From a virus, in the IMG/VR virus record IMGVR_UViG_3300043823_000114, positions 26,209 through 90,208 of that record: a stretch of DNA of 64,000 nucleotides. One strand, given 5' to 3'. Under the pieces are notes generated by a model. That model was not told where the DNA came from and made no database searches. It saw only the letters and a list, made by a program, of their open reading frames with translations. How positions within the stretch are numbered: the stretch's first letter is position 1; each line of letters starts with the position of its first letter. Positions 39,353-47,394 of this stretch are shown one piece after another. Both the position numbers and the translations under genes were made by a program.

Positions 39353-40525
39353 ATGACACAAGCATTATTAGAAAGCCGTTGGGGCGAGACAAAAGACGCC
39401 CTGTTGGAGGGCTTACAAGGTTCTAAGCGTACATCAATGGGTGTAATCTTAGAAAACACTAAAAAGTATCTTGCAGAAAATGCAACAGCTGGCGCAACTA
39501 CAGCAGGTAACGTAGCAACACTTAACCGTGTTATTCTACCAGTTATCCGTCGTGTTATGCCAACAGTTATCGCTAACGAAATCATTGGTGTTCAACCAAT
39601 GACTGGTCCTGTTAGTCAGATTCACACTCTACGTGTTCGTTACACAGACGGTGTTACTGGTACTAACGGTGCTACTGGTACTGTTCCAGGCGACGAGGCA
39701 TTGTCTCCATTCAAAATTGCTACTGCATATTCTGGTACTAGTTCTGGATATGCTACAAGTACAGCAACACTTGAAGGTGTACCTGGAAATCGTATCAACG
39801 TTCAAATCTTGAAACAAGTTGTTGAAGCTAAAACTCGCAAGTTGTCAGCAAGATGGACATTCGAAGCCGCTCAAGATGCACAATCTATGCACGGTTTGGA
39901 TATCGAAGCAGAAATCATGGCTGCTCTAGCACAAGAGATCACAGTTGAGATCGATCAAGAAATTATCGGTTCTTTATCTGCTCTAGCCGCTACAGACTAC
40001 GCATATGACCAATCTGCTGTATCTGGTACAGCTACATTCGTTGGTGACGAACACGCCGCATTGGCAGTTCTTATCAATCGTTCAGCTAACTTGATCGCAC
40101 AACGTACTCGTCGTGGCGCAGGTAACTGGGCTATTGTTTCTCCGGCTGCATTGACAGTTCTACAATCTGCTACTACTTCAGCTTTTGCTCGTACTACAGA
40201 AGGAACTTTCGAAGCTCCTACAAACACAAAGTATGTTGGTACATTGAACGGCGCAATGCGCATTTATGTAAACTCATACGCAAACGATTCAACTCCAGTT
40301 CTAGTTGGATATAAAGGTACTTCAGAAGCTGATGCTCCAGCATTCTATTGCCCATATATTCCATTGATGTCTTCTGGTGTTGTTCTTGACCCTAACACAT
40401 TCGAACCAGTCGTGGGCTTCATGACTCGTTACGGATATGTTGAGTTAACAAACACAGCGTCTTCTCTAGGTAACGCAGGCGACTACGTTTCTGAGATCAG
40501 CATCGCTAATCTTTCATTCCAGTAA
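39353..40525 (+). CDS. gp23: Major capsid protein (T4 gp23-like), 390 aa
   Basis: RRVMP..IA.EI.GVQPMTGP..QI..LR; V.AKTRKL.ARWT.E.AQD....HG.D.EAE....LA.EI..EID.EI; FYCPYIPL; P....MTRYG. Confidence 0.95.
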   Translation: MTQALLESRWGETKDALLEGLQGSKRTSMGVILENTKKYLAENATAGATTAGNVATLNRVILPVIRRVMPTVIANEIIGVQPMTGPVSQIHTLRVRYTDGVTGTNGATGTVPGDEALSPFKIATAYSGTSSGYATSTATLEGVPGNRINVQILKQVVEAKTRKLSARWTFEAAQDAQSMHGLDIEAEIMAALAQEITVEIDQEIIGSLSALAATDYAYDQSAVSGTATFVGDEHAALAVLINRSANLIAQRTRRGAGNWAIVSPAALTVLQSATTSAFARTTEGTFEAPTNTKYVGTLNGAMRIYVNSYANDSTPVLVGYKGTSEADAPAFYCPYIPLMSSGVVLDPNTFEPVVGFMTRYGYVELTNTASSLGNAGDYVSEISIANLSFQ

Positions 40526-40573
40526 TCTTCTGTTCGGTAGATGCGACTTCGGTCTCATTATGGAAGGAGCAAG

Positions 40574-40598
40574 AAAGCACTCGCAAGAGTGCTTTTTT
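40574..40598 (+). terminator. Rho-independent terminator after the capsid gene
   Basis: AAAGCACTC-GCAA-GAGTGCTTT followed by TTT. Confidence 0.85.
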
Positions 40599-40618
40599 GT
40601 TGGGTGCATTAACTTCAA

Positions 40619-40625
40619 ATAAATA
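40619..40625 (+). promoter_or_regulatory. T4-type late promoter for the desaturase-like gene
   Basis: ATAAATA-TTTGATC-ATG (ATG at 40633). Confidence 0.6.
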
Positions 40626-40632
40626 TTTGATC

Positions 40633-41487
40633 ATGAAGATTTTTGCATATTCTAAAAAAGACGCATATTTGATTTTGTACACTATTGTTATGTGTGTATT
40701 CCCATATTATATGGCTTTATATACTGACCCTAGTATTTGGTGGTTGTTGATAGTACCATTTCATGCGTATTCTATTGCGAACTTGATGAATACTAGTCTT
40801 CATCATCAAAGTCACTGGCCAATGTTTGTTAATAGAACATTCAACAAATATTACGAATTATTCATGAGTATGCACTGTGGATTTACGCATGCCGGGTGGA
40901 AATACGCTCACTTATTACATCACAAGTACGTGAATGACAAACCTATTGATGGACAAACTAGAGACCCAGTATCAGTGTTCAAAGGGGGGAAAAATGGCGA
41001 ACCGATGAATTTCTGGATTTACAGTGTTGGTAAAGCCGTGAATGATCTTTTGGTTATTTTTAAAAATATACCATTCGCAAAACCCAATTTAAAGAAGTAT
41101 GCAGATCGGTATAAGCATGAACAGTGGGCTAGAAAGCTGTTCTTCATCACAATATTTTTAATAAACCCATTATACTGTCTCTCGCTATTTTTTGTATATT
41201 TTGTTGCGTTTGTTATGAATCGTGCAATCAGTTACGGTGAACATTGGACTGTGCTTGATCGTCGTGGGGACACTACTCAAGATAGTATCGGGTGCTATGA
41301 CTACTGGGTCAATCTCATAGGATTTGGTGCAGGACATCATCAAGAACATCATCATAGTCCCGGGACACATTGGACAAACTATGGTCGCGTAACAAAGGAC
41401 TTGCATCCTGACAGGAAAATCGTTCACGAATTACACATTATGAACAATCCTTTTTGGGAACACTTCAAGCTCTTATTCAAGCGATAA
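40633..41487 (+). CDS. Membrane fatty-acid desaturase / hydroxylase family protein, 284 aa (start revised from TTG 40597 to ATG 40633)
   Basis: Three His boxes HHQSH, HLLHH and HHQEHHH with intervening hydrophobic segments; the ORF-track TTG start lies inside the terminator T-tract. Confidence 0.8.
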   Translation: MKIFAYSKKDAYLILYTIVMCVFPYYMALYTDPSIWWLLIVPFHAYSIANLMNTSLHHQSHWPMFVNRTFNKYYELFMSMHCGFTHAGWKYAHLLHHKYVNDKPIDGQTRDPVSVFKGGKNGEPMNFWIYSVGKAVNDLLVIFKNIPFAKPNLKKYADRYKHEQWARKLFFITIFLINPLYCLSLFFVYFVAFVMNRAISYGEHWTVLDRRGDTTQDSIGCYDYWVNLIGFGAGHHQEHHHSPGTHWTNYGRVTKDLHPDRKIVHELHIMNNPFWEHFKLLFKR

Positions 41488-41507
41488 GCTAAATTTCCTT
41501 ATTCGAA

Positions 41508-41514
41508 ATAAATA
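41508..41514 (+). promoter_or_regulatory. T4-type late promoter
   Basis: ATAAATA, then a ~60-nt leader and TAAGGAG ribosome-binding site before ATG 41581. Confidence 0.65.
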
Positions 41515-41580
41515 CTAGACTCGTCAGAGTTCCACAAAGTCATGTGGCGGTCTAGAACACCGTACTAAGGAGAAACAAAA

Positions 41581-42318
41581 ATGGCAAAACTAAAAATTAC
41601 TGCTCAAAGCAGTATCACAAATGTAAACTATCCCGGTCCAATCATTGACGCTTATGTTCAACCGCAATTAGTCGGTGGCTCTCACACTGGTGGTACTGGC
41701 GGATTGACAAGTTTGACAGGTCTACAAATTCAACCACAAGTATACATTAAAACTGGTAGTTCATTACCAGGTAGCATTACTGCACAAAAAGGTGCTCACA
41801 AATTCCGCGTTACTGACGGTACATTAACTGGTGACTGTGTTTTAACAAACAGCCCAAATTTGACTGCTGGTCAAATGAATATTTTAATCAACTTGAATAC
41901 TGCGGCAGGGAATGTTGCGGCAGCTAACGTAGTTGGTGGTGCAACAAGTACTACAGTTACATATGACACTCGCACAGCAGTAACTGGTCCTCTAGCAAAT
42001 GCCCGTGTTGGTGATTACTTAATTTGGACTAGCCCAAGTGCTAACATTAGTGGTGTAGCACAAGTGACAGGTTCAAGTGGTGGAACATTTACTATTTCTA
42101 CTTCTGGTAACATTGCCGCGGCAACTGGTGTTACATTGACTACAAGCACATACGCAAGTCGTATTGACAACAAGTATGTTCGTGACTTTTACAGTGACGG
42201 TCAACAAGACAGTACATATGGTACAGTAACTTATTACACAAGTGGTTATAACCCAACAAAATGGCGTTATCACTTGGCTGCTCCAACAAGCACATTTGTT
42301 CAAGTACAATCAGCATAA
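41581..42318 (+). CDS. Virion structural protein (possible head decoration), 245 aa
   Basis: Own late promoter, strong ribosome-binding site and terminator (monocistronic); G.I..QKG..KF.V.D motif; Thr/Gly-rich. Confidence 0.5.
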   Translation: MAKLKITAQSSITNVNYPGPIIDAYVQPQLVGGSHTGGTGGLTSLTGLQIQPQVYIKTGSSLPGSITAQKGAHKFRVTDGTLTGDCVLTNSPNLTAGQMNILINLNTAAGNVAAANVVGGATSTTVTYDTRTAVTGPLANARVGDYLIWTSPSANISGVAQVTGSSGGTFTISTSGNIAAATGVTLTTSTYASRIDNKYVRDFYSDGQQDSTYGTVTYYTSGYNPTKWRYHLAAPTSTFVQVQSA

Positions 42319-42356
42319 TAACAACTATGCTATAGTGAGATAGCAACGAAAAAATT

Positions 42357-42379
42357 TGGCCCCTAGTGGGCCATTTTTT
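42357..42379 (+). terminator. Rho-independent terminator
   Basis: TGGCCC-CTAGT-GGGCCA followed by a T run, preceded by an A run. Confidence 0.75.
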
Positions 42380-42403
42380 ATGGTTTTGTATTATCTAGAC
42401 AAG

Positions 42404-42410
42404 CTAAATA
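42404..42410 (+). promoter_or_regulatory. Late promoter variant (CTAAATA)
   Basis: Upstream of the 42436 operon. Confidence 0.5.
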
Positions 42411-42435
42411 GTATATAAACAGGGTATAAAGTAGA

Positions 42436-43005
42436 ATGTCTACCTACAAACGAATAAGCGGTGATTATACAATTCAGAGTGTAAACACTGGCGATAGAAT
42501 TATTTTGAATAGTGGTAATGTGTATATTGAAGGAAACTTAAATGTTTCTGGAAATACGCAAACTTTCACTTCCAATAATAGCTCTATTACAAATAACATC
42601 ATTACTCTTAATGCCGGGGCAACGAGTCCTAACCCGTTTGGTGCACAGATTATCGTTAATCGTGGGACTGGGCAATCAAACGCCGCTATTACATGGAATG
42701 AAACAGTTGGTGCTTGGCAAGTCAGTGAAGTTGTAAATGGCAGTTATTACACTGCTAACATTGCTACATCTATTGGGACTCAAAACTTCATTTCCAATGT
42801 GTCACAAGATACAACCCCTATGCTAGGTGGTAACTTAAACATTGGTAGCTACTCAATCTATAGTAATGTCAGCGGATCACAAATGTATAGTACAACTGCT
42901 CCTGGTGGCGGTGGTACTGGAATAACAGTAACAAATTCTCGATATGCAAACGTCGAACTTATGAGTAAGACTAAGAGCATTGTTTATAGTATTATTTTTG
43001 GATAA
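42436..43005 (+). CDS. Fibre-associated structural protein, 189 aa
   Basis: GNL.V.G.T......I.NNIITLN.G; RG......I.WNE; QDT.P.LGGNL; ends YSIIFG. Confidence 0.55.
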   Translation: MSTYKRISGDYTIQSVNTGDRIILNSGNVYIEGNLNVSGNTQTFTSNNSSITNNIITLNAGATSPNPFGAQIIVNRGTGQSNAAITWNETVGAWQVSEVVNGSYYTANIATSIGTQNFISNVSQDTTPMLGGNLNIGSYSIYSNVSGSQMYSTTAPGGGGTGITVTNSRYANVELMSKTKSIVYSIIFG

Positions 43006-43014
43006 GGATATAAG

Positions 43015-43326
43015 ATGGCGATTCTAAACGCAAACGTAACAACAGTAGCAAGTCCGATCTATGTTAGTTCGGGTAACAATGCTATTACTACAGTTCATTT
43101 ATGTAACTACAGCGGCAGTAGTGTGCAAGCCAATATATATCTTGCTCCTAGCACTGGCAACGTTGCTAATGGCACAACGGTTATATATGGTAATGTGACT
43201 ATCAGCGCATACAATACATTGATTATCTATCAAGAGAAGTTTGTATTGGCTAACGGTGACACAATCTACGCTAACGTAAGTGCAAACAATAGTGTGACTG
43301 GTACAATAAGTTCGATTGGATTCTAA
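43015..43326 (+). CDS. Small beta-rich virion protein, 103 aa (paralogue of 57992..58321)
   Basis: IY.......T...CN and L..GD.I.A motifs shared with 57992..58321. Confidence 0.55.
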   Translation: MAILNANVTTVASPIYVSSGNNAITTVHLCNYSGSSVQANIYLAPSTGNVANGTTVIYGNVTISAYNTLIIYQEKFVLANGDTIYANVSANNSVTGTISSIGF

Positions 43327-43328
43327 AC

Positions 43329-43757
43329 ATGGCAAGATTTCTTAAAAATCCTGACATAGCAAACGGAGCACAAGCGGCAAGATTGCCAATTGTTCCTAGT
43401 AGCGCATACGGTGATGTCCCAACCAATGGCCTGATTAGATTTAATCAAGCCACTAGTAGAATTGAATTCTTCTATAACAATGCTTGGAGTCAGATTGCTA
43501 AGATCGGTAGTGTTCAACTTGTGGTTGATACTCTTGGTCCTGGTGATGGCATCACAGTTAACTTTACTATGAGTCAGCAAGAAACAGACCCAACAGCTAT
43601 CGCGGTGTTTGTTGGCGGTGTTTATCAACAACCAACAACTCATTACGGTGTCAGTGGTTACGGCTTAAGTTTCACTACTGCTCCTCCATTGGGTACAATC
43701 ACTCCGACTACTATTATTGTGATACACAATATTAACAGCACTAACGTGCCAGCATAA
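43329..43757 (+). CDS. Fibre-associated structural protein, 142 aa
   Basis: G.IRFN......E.....W module plus GDG...F......V.V.GV.Q.P...Y......L.F..AP module. Confidence 0.55.
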   Translation: MARFLKNPDIANGAQAARLPIVPSSAYGDVPTNGLIRFNQATSRIEFFYNNAWSQIAKIGSVQLVVDTLGPGDGITVNFTMSQQETDPTAIAVFVGGVYQQPTTHYGVSGYGLSFTTAPPLGTITPTTIIVIHNINSTNVPA

Positions 43758-43765
43758 GGAACAGT

Positions 43766-45757
43766 ATGTCACTGGGACGCATCAACGGGCCAATGCTAAC
43801 ACCCAACTTGGAGCGCCAAGGTATCAACATCGCCTTGGATGCAAACTTGACATATTGGGATGTTAATAACCGTTATGTTGGTATAAGAACAACTACTCCG
43901 AACTATCCACTACAAGTTTCTGGTAATGCTTACATAGGTAATGTGTATCTTTTAGGTAACACTATTACAACTGATTCTGGTGTGCTGGGGCTGGGTGCTA
44001 CTAGTAATATTAGCATCACTGGTGGTAGTAAAGATTATGTTTTAACTACCGATGGTAGTGGTAATATTTCTTGGGCTAATGTTTCTAGTATTGTAAGCGT
44101 TACTGGTTTGACTGGTAATATTATTACGCTGGGTTCAAATACATCACAGGCATTGATTAGTAATGCTGTTTCACTTACATCTAGCACAGATATCACAGAC
44201 GCAATCGCACAGTTAAACTATGTTCTTGGTAAGCTAGTACCGCAAAGTCCTCCGAATTTTCCGAACAGTACAACTATCTCAATCAGTACTGGTACTACGA
44301 CCGGACTTATGACTAATTTTACTCAGACTGATAATTCGGGTTGGGGTAACCTAAGTGTCACCGCTGGCACAAGTGTCAGTGCAGTTCGTACAGCAGTATT
44401 CCAAACTTCCGCAGTCACAAATGTAGGTCCAGGCAGTACAGGCACTGTGACTGCATATGTCAACGGAGTTCCAAACGGTAACGTCACATTGACTGGTAGC
44501 AATGCTAACACAACTAATGGCAACATTTATGTCTATAATGTAGAAGATTATCATAATGTGGTTAGCAGTGTAACGGCAGGATTCTGGACAGTGTTCTCAA
44601 CTTATGCTGTGGCTACGGCAGGTGTGCCGGCAGGTTGGAACAGAGTACATATCTATGACAGTGGTGCGGGCACACAGACAAACGATGCCACTTGGTACTA
44701 TGACTCTAGTAGTACAGGAGCTCCTGTATTCAGTAATACCAGTGTGACATTAACCAGTAACAGTACAACTTATTCTAGCACTATACCACATTTTAACAGC
44801 AGTACAGTGTTTAGATTAAAAGGTAATGTGTCTAATTTGAGCGGAGACTTATATGCAAGTTCACCATTCAGTACCAGTGCAGGTGGTGCGTTCGCTGCAC
44901 CAACAACACCCTCATACTCAAGTTTTGTACCCACTGTGTCAACCCCGTTGAGTCGTAACCTAACAGCCACTCAGTATTTTGAGACTAACACTGGCATTAC
45001 ATCTGGATTTGGTTCTAGTGCGACTGGCCCGTCAGTATCATTCACTAGCCCATATTCAGTTGGATCTTCTGGCTCAATCAATCCAGGAGTAACAGTCTTG
45101 TACAAAACTGGCACAGGCAATCAAATTGAAGAAACTGCTATCACTAATAGCTACAGTGGTGCCAGTGCCGCTTATAGAATAGTCAATCCAGATGCGGGCA
45201 CGGCTGCTGATAATCCTGCCTATACTGGCAGCGAAGCTACATTTAATAGTCAAACTAGTACGCTATATGCCACAGATGCCACAGTGGTTGCCGCAGTATT
45301 AAAGTATGATGTAACGAATTATTCAACTGGATATTTACCAGTTGGTCCTAACTTAAGTAGTGGTAGAAGCTCAAGTCAATACTTCACATTCAAGTGGACT
45401 AAGGCTGCTGTAAGTAAGTTTAATATCATTTATAGTGGAACAATAGCTGGTCTATGGGTAGCATTGCCCGGAGTCACAGATGCTAGCTATGCTAGTCCCA
45501 CAAACGGTTGGTTGAATATGGCAACAGCTTATGCGGGTTCAGGGGTTCCTGGAACTGGTACTGGGGGCAATGGTAGTACTGGGTGTAGTACAGGTGGAGC
45601 CGCAGTATTGAATTCAGTAGTAAGTGGTGGAAGTTATACTTGTACTTTTGGAACAGTGAGTTCAACATCATCGACGAACAATGAAATTTATATCCGTGTT
45701 AAACTAACAAGTGGTCAAAGTTTAACAGCATTAAGCATAGGGGCTCCGACTAACTAA
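43766..45757 (+). CDS. Tail fibre / virion structural protein, 663 aa
   Basis: GRI.G.ML..NL.R.G; VGI.T..P...L.V.G; VL.TDGSG..SW; Ser/Thr/Gly-rich. Confidence 0.6.
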   Translation: MSLGRINGPMLTPNLERQGINIALDANLTYWDVNNRYVGIRTTTPNYPLQVSGNAYIGNVYLLGNTITTDSGVLGLGATSNISITGGSKDYVLTTDGSGNISWANVSSIVSVTGLTGNIITLGSNTSQALISNAVSLTSSTDITDAIAQLNYVLGKLVPQSPPNFPNSTTISISTGTTTGLMTNFTQTDNSGWGNLSVTAGTSVSAVRTAVFQTSAVTNVGPGSTGTVTAYVNGVPNGNVTLTGSNANTTNGNIYVYNVEDYHNVVSSVTAGFWTVFSTYAVATAGVPAGWNRVHIYDSGAGTQTNDATWYYDSSSTGAPVFSNTSVTLTSNSTTYSSTIPHFNSSTVFRLKGNVSNLSGDLYASSPFSTSAGGAFAAPTTPSYSSFVPTVSTPLSRNLTATQYFETNTGITSGFGSSATGPSVSFTSPYSVGSSGSINPGVTVLYKTGTGNQIEETAITNSYSGASAAYRIVNPDAGTAADNPAYTGSEATFNSQTSTLYATDATVVAAVLKYDVTNYSTGYLPVGPNLSSGRSSSQYFTFKWTKAAVSKFNIIYSGTIAGLWVALPGVTDASYASPTNGWLNMATAYAGSGVPGTGTGGNGSTGCSTGGAAVLNSVVSGGSYTCTFGTVSSTSSTNNEIYIRVKLTSGQSLTALSIGAPTN

Positions 45758-47316
45758 TGACAATATCACAAACACAGCTAGTTGATATTTTATACAAGAA
45801 ACTTAGCGGAGTTTCTAAAACAGACACCTCTACGGCAAAAGCTCCAGCAAACGAAAGTAATGCTAGCCCACAATTAAGTCCTGGCACAACTATATGGTCA
45901 CAAGACTACTATATTCCTAATGTTAGCACGCTTCCGTCAAGTAATACTACAGTCAATGGGAGTTCTGTTGTCAGTGTATATACAGGAAGTTTGGGCAGTA
46001 TTGTTCAACTATCTAGCTTGAGTGAAAGTGTAACAAATGAAACTTGGGCCACTGGTTTAACTAACTGGATTAGTCCACAGTACGGAGCAGGATACCAACT
46101 TAAGCTATATGCTGGTCCACCTGGCGCGACTGGTACAACTCCGGCAAACTACACAAACTTGCCAGTGGGTGGTTCAGGTAATAGTGATAGTTGGTACTTT
46201 GATTATATAGCGGGTATCGTTAACTTTGCTGATACAAATGTCCCAACAGCGGCGGCAAATGTGTCTAATGTAGTTTATGCTGTTGGTGCACGATATACGG
46301 GTACTCTTGGTATCAGCGTACTACCCAATGTAACAGTCACTGGTACTATAGTTGCTAACGTAGTCAATGCTAACACATATATCGGTAATATTGGTGGAAA
46401 TCTTACAGGTAATGTGAGCGGTAATGTAAGTGGAAATATTACTGGTAATACTGGTACATTCGGTAATATCTCTGGTAATGTAACTACACCATATCAGCCA
46501 TTAATTACTGGTCTTGGCACTTTGACTAACTTAACAGTCAGTGGCAATACTATCGCAAGTAATATAACTGTATCTGGTAGCTATTACGGAAATATTGTAG
46601 CAGATACGATCACTCCATATTTGACAAACGTAGTAGCATTTACAAATACCACAGCAGTCAAACTGCCCTATGGTAGTTCGAGTGCAAGACCAGCGAATAT
46701 TGCGGGTTATTTTAGATACAACAGCGATATCGCAACCATCGAATACTGTAACGGTTCAAGCTGGGTTCCATTTAATAATCAAATTACTGATCAACAGATT
46801 ACCCCTGATGGGACGCATAACAGCTTTGCGTTGTCACAGGCGGCAACAGCGGCTGGACTTATCGTAAGTATTAACGGTACAATGCAAACCCCTGGGGTAG
46901 CTTATACTGTTACTGGAACAACGATTACTTTTGCTGAAGTTCCACAAGTAACAGACTATGTTGATGTCCGTTTCATTGCTAGTGCTGGTACGACTACGCT
47001 TGACTATAACATAGTTGACGTAGCAAATGTTACTGTTGGTACTTCTAATGTTATTGTGGACAGCTTCAGCCCAGCTATCTATAGAAGCGCAAAATACATT
47101 GTTTCCAGCAGTAACGGTACAGATGCTAGTATGGCAGAAGTCATGTTGTTACAAAACGGTGCCACAACAGCTATTAGTACTATTGGAAACGTAAATACTG
47201 GGGCAAATAATCTCACATTTTACGCTAATGTCTCTGGGGGCTTAGTCAACTTCATAGCTCAGGGCACTACAACTTCTAATCAACTTAGAATTCAACGCAC
47301 TTACTTTAACGTCTAA
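45757..47316 (+). CDS. Tail fibre / virion structural protein, 519 aa
   Basis: Stop/start overlap with the previous gene; GN(I/V) repeats; C-terminal modules shared with 47395..54426. Confidence 0.6.
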   Translation: MTISQTQLVDILYKKLSGVSKTDTSTAKAPANESNASPQLSPGTTIWSQDYYIPNVSTLPSSNTTVNGSSVVSVYTGSLGSIVQLSSLSESVTNETWATGLTNWISPQYGAGYQLKLYAGPPGATGTTPANYTNLPVGGSGNSDSWYFDYIAGIVNFADTNVPTAAANVSNVVYAVGARYTGTLGISVLPNVTVTGTIVANVVNANTYIGNIGGNLTGNVSGNVSGNITGNTGTFGNISGNVTTPYQPLITGLGTLTNLTVSGNTIASNITVSGSYYGNIVADTITPYLTNVVAFTNTTAVKLPYGSSSARPANIAGYFRYNSDIATIEYCNGSSWVPFNNQITDQQITPDGTHNSFALSQAATAAGLIVSINGTMQTPGVAYTVTGTTITFAEVPQVTDYVDVRFIASAGTTTLDYNIVDVANVTVGTSNVIVDSFSPAIYRSAKYIVSSSNGTDASMAEVMLLQNGATTAISTIGNVNTGANNLTFYANVSGGLVNFIAQGTTTSNQLRIQRTYFNV

Positions 47317-47357
47317 CATCAAAAATATGACGCTAGGCACCAAAACCACGGGGTAAG

Positions 47358-47364
47358 CTAAATA
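47358..47364 (+). promoter_or_regulatory. Late promoter variant (CTAAATA)
   Basis: Followed by AAGGA ribosome-binding site before ATG 47395. Confidence 0.55.
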
Positions 47365-47394
47365 CGATATCAGACGGATTTTTAAGGAATATTC

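Noticed and set aside
40597-40632. TTG start of the desaturase given by the ORF track
   Set aside because: It lies in the terminator T-tract upstream of the late promoter; ATG 40633 fits better.
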